A DNA stretch of 63,249 nucleotides, filler included, from Octopus bimaculoides (lineage: Eukaryota): the NCBI RefSeq assembly GCF_001194135.2. It is 4 parts of 4 records of this genome, joined end to end, with 100 filler letters (N's around TTAATTAATTAA, not from the genome) between each part and the next. Parts side by side here need not be neighbours in the genome. Positions count along the whole stretch, not along the records: positions 50,976 to 61,488 come from NC_068996.1; positions 61,589 to 63,249 come from NC_068987.1; 2 more parts are not named here. One strand, written 5' to 3'. Shown here one piece after another: positions 51,008-63,249 of this stretch. The notes beneath the pieces are model-generated. The model made no database searches. It worked only from the letters and a program-made list of their open reading frames with translations, and had not been told where the DNA came from. Made by a program: the position numbers and the translations under genes. Within the stretch, counting starts at the first letter, position 1. Each line of letters starts with the position of its first letter.

Positions 51008-51307
51008 ATATATATGTGTATGTGTGTGTGTGTGTGTGTGTGTACACACACACATATATATATGTGTATATATATATGTATATATATATAGTCAATTCAA
51101 ATAAACGAGTAAAAATTAACGAGCAGCAAGAGAACGTGCAAAAGAAATATATTAGCTTGATGGTCGGTGAAAAGAGAGGGTTTGACTTTTCGAGCATAGC
51201 TCTTTGTCAGAAAGAAGAAAGGGGATAATCCAAAGAAGGAAAAAAATCATCAACAGCACGTGTGAAAGTTACATATATACTTTTTTCTTATATTCTTTTA
51301 TTGGTTT

Positions 51308-51680
51308 CAGTCATTTTGACTGCGGCCATGCTGGAGCACTGCCTTTAGTCGAATAAACTGATCCCAAGACTTACTCTTTGTAAGCCTAGTACTTATTCTA
51401 TCGGTCTCTTTTGCCGAACCACTAGGTTACACCAACATCGGTTATCAAGCGATGGTGGAGGGACAAACACAGACACACATATATATTCTTTCAGATGCAT
51501 GTAAGCATCTTGAGAGTCTTTCAGAAATTTTCAGATTCTTTCCGTTTCCGTTTACCAAATCCACTCTCAATGCTTTGTTCGGCCCGAGGCTATAGTAGAA
51601 GACATTTGCCCAAGGTGCCACGCAGTGGGACTGAACCCAGAACCGTGCGGCTAGTAAGCAAGCTACTTACCACACAGAAT
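51308..51680 (-). mobile_element. SINE family A copy with a templated 48-nt insert
   Basis: Family A text interrupted at 51495 by sequence identical to 52538-52572. Confidence 0.75.
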
Positions 51681-53779
51681 TTTACCATTAAGCTGTAATT
51701 AGCAGAACCATATGCACGCCCACCAATGGCGGTGGGCAACTCTGTATACGATTCTGATGATTACGGTTCATTACAAATCAGGCTGATGAGGAATAGACAA
51801 ATGGTAAGAATTTGTTAAATCCGAAACTAGTTCCTGTTTAATAATGCTTGTTTAGGTGATTTTAAATGTCTTGCCCGCTCACGTTTTTGGTATGCTGCTA
51901 TATTTCATGTTGAGAACAATCTAGGTCTTAATAGACACAAGATGTTTAATGAGAGACGGAACATGTAAGATACAAGAATTTTTATTAATCACCGCAGCTG
52001 TTTCGTCCCATCTAACATCGATCTCTCACGGGTAAGACACTTAGCAACTGGTTCAGGAGCATCCGACGGTGCAAGTGGAGGAGAAATAGATATTACTCGT
52101 TTAAGTAACAGTTTTGCAATGTATCATCTCAGTTCGTGTAAAGAAAAGCAGCAAATTAAAAGATATATCTTAATTTACATAGAAGATCAATAATTAATAA
52201 CAGATGTAAAAAAGAAGCAAACGCGCAATACAACGATAAAAATATTAAATACAGCGAAAAAGTATTAAATATAACCGTTAACAGATATGGATGTATAAAC
52301 GTTCTCGCGTGGGTTGTATGGCGCAAGTACACTCACTCATACAAGTATCCACGAAGATGTAAGCATACCCACAAGTGTTGTTTGGCGCACATACGTTCAC
52401 ATAGCGAATTAAATAGCTCTTGATATTTATAAGAATGAGGAGGTTATAGCTAAATTTAATTCATCCATATCTGAAGGTGAATTATGTTAACAGTTACTCA
52501 AATTCATTCCCAATGCATTGTGCGAAAGTACATTTATATGCATGTAAGCATCTTGAGAGTCTTTCAGAAATTCTATTAATAATCTTCTCATTGGTCTGCA
52601 GAATAGACAGGGATTCCTCGGAGCAGAATCAGCATCTCCTGGAAATGATATTATATGGTTTTGCGTGCCTTACTATGGACCAAATTATGTTATACACAAT
52701 TTTATCTTCCTTAAGTCGCTACACAAAATCGGCCAAAGATATTGAATGTCTCTTATTGATTTTCTTGAAGCTGGCGACATGGTTGCGATAACGATTCTTG
52801 GATTAATTGGCCGTTGTATATATAGGTGCAGGCGTAGCTGGTTGCTAAGAAGCTTGCTTCCCAACCACATTTTTTATTTCTTTATTGCCAACAGGAGGCT
52901 AAACGTAGAGGGGGAAAACAAGGACAGACATAGGGATTAAGTCGATTATATCGACCCCAGTGCGTAACTGGTACTTATTTAATCGATCCCGAAAGGATGA
53001 AAAGCAAAGTCGACCTCGGCGGAATTTGAACTCAGAACGTAACGACAGACGAAATACTTTTTTGACTATAATGCTTGCTGGCCACTTTACTATCTATTAT
53101 TATTATTATTATTATTATTATCATTATTATTATTAATAATAATAATAATAATAATAATATAATAATAATAATAACAACAACAACAATAATAATAATAACA
53201 ATATCTTCATAAACACACACACACACACACACACAAACACACACAGACACACACACACACACACACACACACAACACACACACACACACACAAATAAACA
53301 AATAGGGAGTGCATTGCGTTACATAGATATTTCAAAGGATGAGCGGTCATGTCTGTCTGGGCTTCCCGCTCTGTCCCGTAGGACTTTTCCCTTTTCTCCT
53401 TTGCGTTACTTCACTACGTTCGTTTGATAGCCGAAAGGCTTTGTTCTGTTGTATAAGATATACATGTACAATTATTCTTTTTCTGTGTTTTATTTTTGTA
53501 TTATTATTTAATTATTCTTTTGTTATATACGTACAATTGTTATCTTTTTTTAGCTTGCTTTGTTTGTTTTTGTCCTTGTATACATTCGCTTGCTATTCCC
53601 AGAAGCTTCTTGTTCTGGTGCTGCCTAAAACGGAGTGGTATCAAGGTTAAAAGTGCAATACCACTAGGATCTTTTGGACATTGTTGAGGAAACAACTGCG
53701 AAATTTCTGTGTATTATGTTTTTGTCTATTTTTCCGTTTGCGTTTGTTAATTTTCCGTTGTTATGTTGTCAAATTTTTC

Positions 53780-53815
<36 letters not shown>

Positions 53816-54918
53816 ATATATATATNNNNNNNNNNNNNNNNNNNNNNNNNNNNNNNNNNNNNNNNNNNNNNNNNNNNNNNNNNNNNNNNNNNNNNNNNNN
53901 NNNNNNNNNNNNNNNNNNNNNNNNNNNNNNNNNNNNNNNNNNNNNNNNNNNNNNNNNNNNNNNNNNNNNNNNNNNNNNNNNNNNNNNNNNNNNNNNNNNN
54001 NNNNNNNNNNNNNNNNNNNNNNNNNNNNNNNNNNNNNNNNNNNNNNNNNNNNNNNNNNNNNNNNNNNNNNNNNNNNNNNNNNNNNNNNNNNNNNNNNNNN
54101 NNNNNNNNNNNNNNNNNNNNNNNNTATATATATATTTATATACATACACACACACACACATATATATATTGTATTATAAACCTCTCTACTATAGGCACAA
54201 GGGAAGAGGCAAGTCAAATTACATCGACCCCAGTGTTTCACTGGAGCTTATTTCATTAACCCCGAAAGAATGAAAGGCAAAGTCGACCTCGGTGGAATTT
54301 GAACATCAGAATGTAAGGACGGACGAAACGCCGCGAAGTATTTTGCTCGGCGTGCTAACGATTCTGCCAGCTCGGCACTTTTATACATAGTATTATAATA
54401 TAGACATATACACGCACACATATGTAATGTATATATATAAGAATAAAAAAGGATAAATAGGCATACAGTTGGTATCACATCAGATTATGACATTACACAT
54501 TTAAATATGAAGGTTGAGTTTTATAGGAGAGTATATCTCAAGAGGTCCATAAAAAAAAATCTGTTGAAAAATGGTCTTAATGGTTATGGTATACGTGCTA
54601 GTAATGCTCCGAAAAAGTTATACAGTAATTTCGAATTATTGATATTGGGTAAGTTAGTCGTCGTATGTAGAATCCGAAGCTGGGTGAGAAGAAAGAAGAA
54701 AGGAAGAAAGGAGGTACACAAATAGTTTGTCACAGTTATTTCAAGAATATATGCGTAGATGGAACATTTCCCTCCACAACTACATGTACTTCCCTGTACT
54801 TACATAATACATACATACAAACAATCATAAATACACACACAAACATACATACCGTATATATGATAGAGAAAGACATAAACATATGTATACGCACACATAT
54901 GTATGTGTATATGTATGC

Positions 54919-54968
<50 letters not shown>

Positions 54969-55070
54969 GCATACACATGTATACATATAGATATTCTTCC
55001 CATACAGATAGTTTTCCCAACTGTCTCTGACGAACAGGAAAGTTTAAATAGTAGTTTGTGAAATTTTTGC

Positions 55071-55107
<37 letters not shown>

Positions 55108-55118
55108 CATACATTCAA

Positions 55119-55155
<37 letters not shown>

Positions 55156-55434
55156 ATCACAACCGATTGAATATACCGCTACCCATCTGTTGTCAAATAT
55201 ATATGTATATATATATACATATATACAATAACATATACATACATTTAGATATATATACATAATAGCATATACATATATATACATATATATAATAATATTT
55301 ATATACATACGTACATACACATATATACATATATATATATACATACACACATGCATATATATATACACACAAATATAAATACATACATATATAAGTAAGT
55401 ATGCATAAATATATATATATATCTTTGTTATGTA

Positions 55435-55493
<59 letters not shown>

Positions 55494-55934
55494 GGTACCT
55501 GAAAGTGTAAAAAGATGGAGTATTTCCAATGCAGCATTCAACCCGAGATTGAGGCTACATTTTGAATTGTAATCTTAAATAAGATAAAGACTACAACAAT
55601 GCACATATCCAGTTATCAAATCGGAAAAAGAAATCAATATATTGGTCAGGCGAATAGTAAAATATAATTCAAATTAGAAGAGAAAGATTTTAGTGCACTT
55701 TTACCAGATACATATATTTTGTGTACCAAAATTTTAGCACCATTGCACGCAAAAGTTTCATGTGGAAAGTTACGTAATATTTGCGAATTGAAATACTAGA
55801 ATACCACTTCATCAGACTTGCATTAAAGGTACGCTCTTTTTTTACATGGAAATTTTGCGTGCAGTGGCATTAAAAACAGATTGGTATATAATTTTTCCCT
55901 GCATCATCCTGTTATGCATCGAGACATATCATTG

Positions 55935-56225
55935 GTGGCGTTTCCTGTGTCATTAGGTTTTTTGGTTCAGACACCCTCTCCAGGGGACCCAGCCATGGTT
56001 GATGATTCTCCAGCTTGTGTCCACTTGGCACTACCCCGTTCCAGGGCTTCCACCTCCTGATCCACAGCTATCTTGAGGCAACCTCTGCAGCCTCCACAGC
56101 CAACCTTATGGCCTTCCACCTACATGCTCTTGTGATGCCAAGCGTGTTGTAAGCTCTGCAGAAAGACTGGTCTGCAAACTCTCTGCATTCCACCTCGGTG
56201 GGATCACAATTTGCATGACACCCAA
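55935..56225 (-). mobile_element. HERO/NeSL-like RLE LINE 3' end
   Basis: CDPTEVECREFADQSFCRAYNTLGITRACRWKAIRLAVEAAEVASR*LWIRR resembles the EVGCRGF...EAAE-x-ASRWLW motif. Confidence 0.75.
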
Positions 56226-56344
56226 AGTTCTACCATCTCAATATATTTCGTTCTTTTATTCTTTTTTGTCTCTTCACTGCACTCTTTCCATGGAACGGTA
56301 AGTTGTCGGTCAATTTTTGGCTCCTAATCTTTTGCTGTGGCAAG

Positions 56345-56580
56345 TACGAGGAAGTGCTGAAAAGTTTCTGGCTTTGAGTAAAAGAAAATACAAGTGGGTC
56401 AGTTAATTATCATTTTATTCAACATATTTCTCTCTCAGATTCACACACTTGTTGCAGCGGTCCTTCAGTATTTCGCCCTGTAAAAGTTTTGCGCCCTGTA
56501 AAAGAACTCGGAAGATTGGGCCTCCAACCAAGCCTTTTGCGATACCCTTAAAGCCAGGAATTTTTCAGCACCCCCTCGTA
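56345..56580. mobile_element. Mariner-derived MITE with ~31-bp TIRs and TA ends
   Basis: TAcgaggaagtgctgaaaagtttctggcttt ... aaagccaggaatttttcagcaccccctcgTA. Confidence 0.85.
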
Positions 56581-56689
56581 GATCTCAAAAAAGCAGTCCT
56601 AGAACCTGGCGCCTCTTCTGACGAAGTTAATATAATTTCTTCGTTGGGTAGATGTGCTCGTAAATGGCTAATTCCACTTTAGATGGTGT

Positions 56690-57050
56690 CTACTGTGACC
56701 ATCAAAATTTGGTAAAACCTTCAGCGGTAGTATCCCTACCTCAAGGCTTTTGAAGAGCTACTGAAGATGTGTTCCGGGGCTCCTCTCCTTGGGTACAGAG
56801 GGGAAGCTGGCAATTCCAGTCTCCTGCAGTAAAACAAGTTGGATGCGCTTGTTATATATCGTAAATTGTTTGAATTAATGTTTATCTGGTGGGGCTTTGC
56901 TTGGTCAAATCTTAGCCAGGTTCCGTGATGTCTAGTTCCAATACACTTGCTGGTTTGTTCCCTATCAATCATTGCTGTATGGTTAAGAAGCTCGATTTGC
57001 GCCCAAATGGTTTGAGGTTTTGTTCTACTACACAGTACTTCGCGCAAATG
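56690..57050 (-). mobile_element. RTE-X-like LINE 3' fragment, heavily decayed
   Basis: Minus-strand similarity to R-x2-FAGHC-x-R...PAS...LW-x-P and DR-x2-W; weak. Confidence 0.5.
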
Positions 57051-57185
57051 TCTTCTACTACATAGCGTTGGGGCGATCAGTGTTTTGTGAGTAAATTCGG
57101 TAGACGGAAACTGTGTGGAAACCCATCGTACATATATGTGCGCGTGTGTGCGTGCGTGTGTGTGTGTGTATAGGTAGATAGATAT

Positions 57186-57213
57186 GTTGATTGATTGATG
57201 ATTGATTGGTCAC

Positions 57214-57283
<70 letters not shown>
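57186..57283. repeat. (GATT)n microsatellite
   Basis: Direct reading. Confidence 0.95.
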
Positions 57284-57285
<2 letters not shown>

Positions 57286-57636
57286 CAATATGATAATGCA
57301 TGTGCGTTATGAAACTGCCGGACTTGGTGAGCTTGTACCGCTGAGAAGCAGAAATGACCGCGAAATGTCGATATCCGTCACTCTCTTTCCCTTCGTGTCG
57401 CCGACCTTCGAGGTATACAATGTTTTTGAACATGATACGACTTTAAAGGGGTCTCCCTGGACGAAGTACCGCAGCTTCACAGTGTTTAACCATGTGCATA
57501 CATTAAGTATGTATATCGATAATGTTTACATCATTCAAGCTGCTTCAAGGGAAAATACCAGGTGGTGTCGCATTATGGCTGCAGTGCAATGAGTGAAACG
57601 AGTGATAGTACATATTCATAAATAAATGCATACATA

Positions 57637-57680
<44 letters not shown>

Positions 57681-57789
57681 CACGCACACACATACACACA
57701 CACTCACACACACATACACACACATAAATGCATACATATATACATATAAACATACACATCACTGTAGCGACTAGACTATCGGATGTCAC

Positions 57790-58260
57790 AATACGCTTCC
57801 ATTTTTTCTTGATTGCTCCACTCCTCCATCTAAGCCCAAATCTTTTTGTTAGATTTTCTTATCATCGTGAGCACCTTCCGAGTGACCTTTTCTGATATCT
57901 TAGGCACCACTCAATAACTGCATAGATCCATTTATTGTCTGTAAACCTTGTGACATGTCCAGCTCAGTGGAACCTGTGATCTCGGTACTCGATCAGGCCG
58001 TTCATCCCAGTCCGTTCGTTACTTCACTTCTGATATACTCTTGTAATGATGATATGAGCATGGATCTTTCCAGAACCTTCTGCGTCGTAGCCAATTGATG
58101 CTGTTCCTCTTCGTAGCAGCCCCACCCCACTTGTATATAAGAGAGCAAGTAGAACTGCGTTATTTAAAAGCCGGACATCTTTTATTGAGATAAACACCTT
58201 CCATCTTATCCTTATTCTCCTCGAACTTTCAGCATCCACGTCTCGGCGCCGTTACACTGT
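57790..58260 (-). mobile_element. RTE-clade LINE 3' fragment
   Basis: DAESSRRIRIRWKVFISIKD...LLNNAVLLALLY; WAGHVTRF.DNKW-like downstream text. Confidence 0.7.
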
Positions 58261-58587
58261 AAGTCGAAGAAGTCATTCCTTTACTTCCTCGGTTTCATCA
58301 CTTCCCATCTCTATTTGGCATACATACCTACATACCTACATACATACATACATGCACACACACACACATATATATGCATGTATATACGTATGTATGTACG
58401 TGTATATATATATATATATAGTTGAAATTTATAGAAAAACAAAAGATGAAGAGAGATGTATGAACAACAAGCAAGTATATTAGTTTGACGCTCGAGAAAA
58501 TGAAAATGTCTTTACGTTTCGAGCCTATGCTCTTCAACAGAAAGGAATAAGAGAAAATAAACAGAGAGAGAGAGAGTGAAAAAAGCC

Positions 58588-58619
<32 letters not shown>

Positions 58620-58996
58620 CAGTAGTGAGGATCTAAATGATCGTTGCAGTTGATAGCACTTCAATGTATATTTGGCTAACAAGGTTCTCAGGGTGAATAA
58701 GTATATACTCCGAGTCAATCAATTGGTCGGTATCGCAGGCAGTGAAATATTAAGACATTGTGTAATGATATTAAGCATCTTGTAAATCTATTTATGTAAG
58801 AACAAAACGCTGCAGATATTACGTGGTGTATAATAAAGTAAAGGAACATAAACAGATTGATTTGGCTTGTAAAATGTTCAATTTTACCTGATGAAATGGT
58901 GTAGTTACTTATTAATTTAATGTTATGTAATATTGTGCATTATTGAATAAAATGGCCACTTTATCGAAACACGTGTAGAGCTATCCATTAATGTTC

Positions 58997-59077
58997 TCTT
59001 CTTCTTCTTCTTCTTCTTCTTCTTCTTCTTCTTCTTCTTCTTCTTCTTCTTCTTCTTCTTCTTCTTCTTCTTCTTCT
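58997..59077. repeat. (CTT)n microsatellite
   Basis: Direct reading. Confidence 0.95.
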
Positions 59078-59240
59078 GCTTTTCCTCCTCTTCATTCTCT
59101 CTACATCTTCATTTATTTTTTCTTTTAAATCTTTTATTTCTTCCGCTTCATCTTCTTCGTATTCTTTTTCTTCTTCCTATCCTCCTAACCAGTTTTTTCC
59201 CAATAAGTTTAACGCAGCAATGTTGTCTGATCAAAGAAAA

Positions 59241-59849
59241 GAGTTAGCTGCTACTCCTAACAATTTCAAATACTACAAGTAAGTCCAACATGAAGGAATT
59301 TTTAGCTATTATTTCTAAAATAGTAAGGTAAACCTCGAAATAGACAGGATAATCCATACATTATCTCTCGAACTCCTCCTCTCCCTGATTTCTGGTGATC
59401 TCCCTATACTTATCTGCCACACATGGATATCACCAGCAAGACAATTTGTTAAAACATTGGCCACCTCTATGAACACAAAGAAGTATGATTTGGGGATACT
59501 TTAAGCTACTATTTCTAAAATTCACGAAAAATTTGAAAGAAATCTTTTCAAAATTGCTACCCCTCTATTTGCTAACCACCATATTTGGCCTCATTTCTAG
59601 AAACAGCAAAAGTGCGTAATCTGAGGAGAAACTTAACTGCTACTTCTAGTGATTTCGGCGACCACTAGGAAACGTAAATCGTGCAAAATTTTAGCAACTC
59701 CTTCAAAATATATGAGAAAAATTCGAAAAACGTCGCATAATACATATATTACCGCTCAAACTCTTCAACCCGATTTTTACTTACCTCCCTACGCCTATCT
59801 ACCACCCATGGATATCATTAGCGGGACAAACTTGTTAAAGACTTGATCA
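59241..59849. repeat. Diverged ~220-bp direct repeat pair
   Basis: 59241-59463 aligns colinearly with 59630-59849, e.g. ctccctatacttatctgccacacatggatatcacc versus ctccctacgcctatctaccacccatggatatcatt. Confidence 0.7.
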
Positions 59850-60236
59850 TGTTTATATAAGCTTATAGCCCATATTTTGTTAGAATACGCACCTAGGTAC
59901 ACGGGTGGATTTCTGCTGTGTAAACAAGATATTCTTACAGCGTAGTGTCTATAACATGTATATATATTATGTAACGATATATATAGGGAAGTTTGTCTTG
60001 TTTGGATTTTGCAGGTAGGATGTAAAGTGGAGGGTGTAGGAGTTTAATGCGTATGTTTCTGTATATGATACTTACATACGTATATGTCTGTGTGCGTATG
60101 GATGTACGTATATAGTTATATATTTATGCGTATATTTATGTGTGTGTGTATACACATACACACACGCACAAATATATATATATGTGCGTGTATGTGTATG
60201 TGTGTATATACATATATATATATACACATACATATG

Positions 60237-60277
<41 letters not shown>

Positions 60278-60363
60278 GTATGTGTGTGTGTGTTATATAC
60301 ATATATATATGTATATTTAAATATATATATATGATAATGTATATAATATATATATTATTTATT

Positions 60364-60416
<53 letters not shown>

Positions 60417-60885
60417 TTACACGTAAATACTCTTGTGTACACACGTATATAAATGGATAAACATACATATTCATATGTATTATATAGCGATAGATAGACA
60501 TGTGTTTATATACATACATACATCGTCCATACACACACACACATACCTACATACAAACATCCAGCCATCCCTACATACATACATACATACATACATACAT
60601 ACATAGAACACGTTTATATATACATGTATGTAGATAATTACAAGTATTTCAATGAATGGGATTTTCAAAATTGTATATAACACACACGCGCACACACACA
60701 CACACATGCACACACATGCACACACACACAGGCACACACATGTACACACACACACACATATGCATACACACATACGCACATGTGACAAGAGAAGCACATA
60801 CTTATATATGTATGCATAGACATACAAATATATATGGCTAAATTTACATAACTATATCTCAGAAAACGGAAGTATGTGTGTGTGC

Positions 60886-60938
<53 letters not shown>

Positions 60939-61588
60939 TGTGTTTGTGTGTCCACTACAATTGCTTGACTGGTGGGATTCCTTTCACGTCTCTGTAAGTA
61001 AGGAGTTCAGCACAAGTGACAGAGACAATAAAAATGTACAAGGTTCTCTTTTCCTTATTATAGCTTTTATGGCGGTACCCCAGCATGACCGTAGTCCGGC
61101 GACTGAAAAACACTAACACTTGTCGTCCATTGGTATTTGGATCAAATACAACTCAGACATAAACACAGACAAACACACACACAAACACATTGACACACAC
61201 AAACAAACAAATAAACAAACACATAAATATACACATACGCACAACCACACACAGAGCAAGTTTCTCAATGGCATAGCCACGCCTCCTGTAAATATTTCTA
61301 TCACATATATAAATATATGTATTATATACTGTATAGAATATATGTAATGTATGACATGCCTTTAGTCGAGCAAATCGACCCCAGGACTTATTATTTGTAA
61401 GCCTAGTAGTTATTCGATCGGTCTCTTTTGCCGAATCGCTAAGTTACAGGGACATAAATACACCAGCATCGGTTGTCAATCGATGTGGNNNNNNNNNNNN
61501 NNNNNNNNNNNNNNNNNNNNNNNNNNNNNNNNTTAATTAATTAANNNNNNNNNNNNNNNNNNNNNNNNNNNNNNNNNNNNNNNNNNNN

Positions 61589-61703
61589 TTGGTTGGTTGG
61601 TTGGTTGGTCAGTTGGTTGGTTGGTTGGCTGGTTGGTTGGTCGGTCGGTCGGTCGGTCGGTCGGTCAGTTGATCGGTTGGTTGGCTGGTCGGTCGGTCGG
61701 TCG
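61589..61703. repeat. (GGTT)/(GGTC)n compound microsatellite
   Basis: Direct reading. Confidence 0.9.
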
Positions 61704-61809
61704 GAATGGTGATTGGTGTGTTGTAATTTGGTGTTATTGTTGCTGTTGTTCTTTTTTCTAAAGTTCGTAATTGGCAGTTGTGGTGCCCACATAGCAAGCA
61801 GCAGCAGCG

Positions 61810-61854
<45 letters not shown>

Positions 61855-62667
61855 ACTAGACGATAAAATAAAAGAATAGAAAGAAATATGACTATTGCTG
61901 CTGTTGCTGCTGCTACAAATACTATTCTGGCTTATACCATCGCCGCTACCACCGTCACCGACTCTACGATTTCCTCTAGCACGGTTGCCACCTCCAATAC
62001 CACCACAATCATCTACTGCTACTGCCCCCCCCCCCTGCTGCTGCAGCTGCTGCGGCGGCGGTGGCAGTTGTAGTGATAATTCCGTTTGTTTCTCTATGTT
62101 AATGTAGTGCATGTTATTTATAGCTGTTATTCTTAAGAATATTGATATTTCTGGTTTTGGGGCTTGATGTTGATGTTGATGTTGTTGTTATTGTTTAGCC
62201 CTCGGTCAATATTGATCGAGCAAGGACTATGTAGGACATTCCAGCTGAGATCATCCTGTGGTTAATATTAGCGGTTTTGTTGCACCATGTTTATGTAACT
62301 TAACAGATTGAGCTTTTAGAATTTAACTGCCGTTTTCAGCAGTTCAGTCGACCACGTTGCCGTTGGTAGTGTTGCTAATGGTCAAAGTGGTTGCAGCTGG
62401 GATGTTAAGTTTGATACTGTAAATTGTGCAGGCCATATGAGTTGATTGAGTGAAGGGATTATTGTTGTTTAACTTCAGACAATGCTCATTGAGCAGAGCC
62501 ATGATCCCGTCATAGACATTCTGTCTTTCTAAGTGTATATAAGATTACGCTAAGGTGTTCTGTTGTTATATAAGACTGGACGGTGTGATTTTTAAAGGAG
62601 ATTTGACTGCTATTTCTGCCACGTCGCGCAACAGGCTGGAGAAATTCACTTCTGAGCTTATTGACGT

Positions 62668-62709
<42 letters not shown>

Positions 62710-62826
62710 CAGCAGCAGCAGCAGCAACAGCAGCAGTTAGCCCTCGAGGAGATAGCATGAAGTTTGGTAATATAAATAAGTACAAATGTTATTCGTTTTT
62801 GTGATATGGTGACAGTGGTGGTGGTG

Positions 62827-62892
<66 letters not shown>

Positions 62893-62989
62893 ATTGTTGT
62901 TGTTGTTGTTGCTATGGACTTGCATTTAAGGGCAGCATATATTTGTAAACTTGTATTTTTTATTGTTTTACATGCTTCAGTTATGGCAC

Positions 62990-63077
62990 TGGGGCAAAGT
63001 TGGGACAACATTGGGGCAATGCTGGAGCAAAGTTAGGGCAATGCTGGGGAAAAGCTGGGACTATATCGGGGCAATGC
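62990..63077. repeat. 8 x 11-bp degenerate G-rich minisatellite (tggggcaatgc)
   Basis: Units tggggcaaagt, tgggacaacat, tggggcaatgc, tggagcaaagt, tagggcaatgc, tggggaaaagc, tgggactatat, cggggcaatgc. Confidence 0.85.
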
Positions 63078-63192
63078 TGTGAATGTCTTATACCACTGCA
63101 GTTGTCTATATTATTCTCTGATATCTATTCCAACCGTTCTTGAGAAGTGAAAGAGAAATACACATGCGTACACACATACACGCACACACGCG

Positions 63193-63249
<57 letters not shown>

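Noticed and set aside
54736-55537. Long IY/TH/VC-rich ORFs here and throughout the ORF track
   Set aside because: They are translations of (TA)n, (CA)n and (TACA)n microsatellites or of N gaps.
61609-62112. Thr/Pro/Gln-rich ORFs
   Set aside because: They are built from adjacent simple repeats (GGTT/GGTC, TAG, GCT), with no splice signals or domain motifs.

Overview
AT-rich, microsatellite-dense, gapped animal genomic scaffold. The SINE families and composition point to an octopus (coleoid cephalopod); this is inference, not a database match. Two convergent, spliced genes can be built by hand with consistent GT-AG phases. (1) On the + strand, 14 exons (2011-27574, about 838 aa, both ends missing) encode a MUC4/SUSD2-like extracellular protein: end of NIDO, AMOP, VWD with a GDPH motif, a linker, then an EGF/cbEGF array. 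(2) On the - strand, 4 exons (50262-35029) encode a fasciclin (FAS1-repeat) protein, also incomplete at both ends. The rest is mostly decayed mobile DNA: a near-complete Penelope-like element plus fragments; RTE, R4/Dong-like, CRE-like and HERO-like LINE pieces; mariner derivatives; and at least four SINE families. The most interesting unannotated signals are: (a) a dispersed family of short, mostly (TA)n-anchored elements carrying a minimal hammerhead-ribozyme-like fold, including a 330-bp near-perfect palindrome with one copy per strand; (b) a nested 445-nt intronic hairpin; (c) a decayed Pro/Thr/Ser mucin-type ORF lying antisense inside the mucin-like gene; (d) a CpG-decay domain covering the fasciclin gene but not the mucin-like gene; and (e) two compositionally odd AT-rich islands of unknown origin. 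Repeat coordinates are approximate, and all counts were made by hand.
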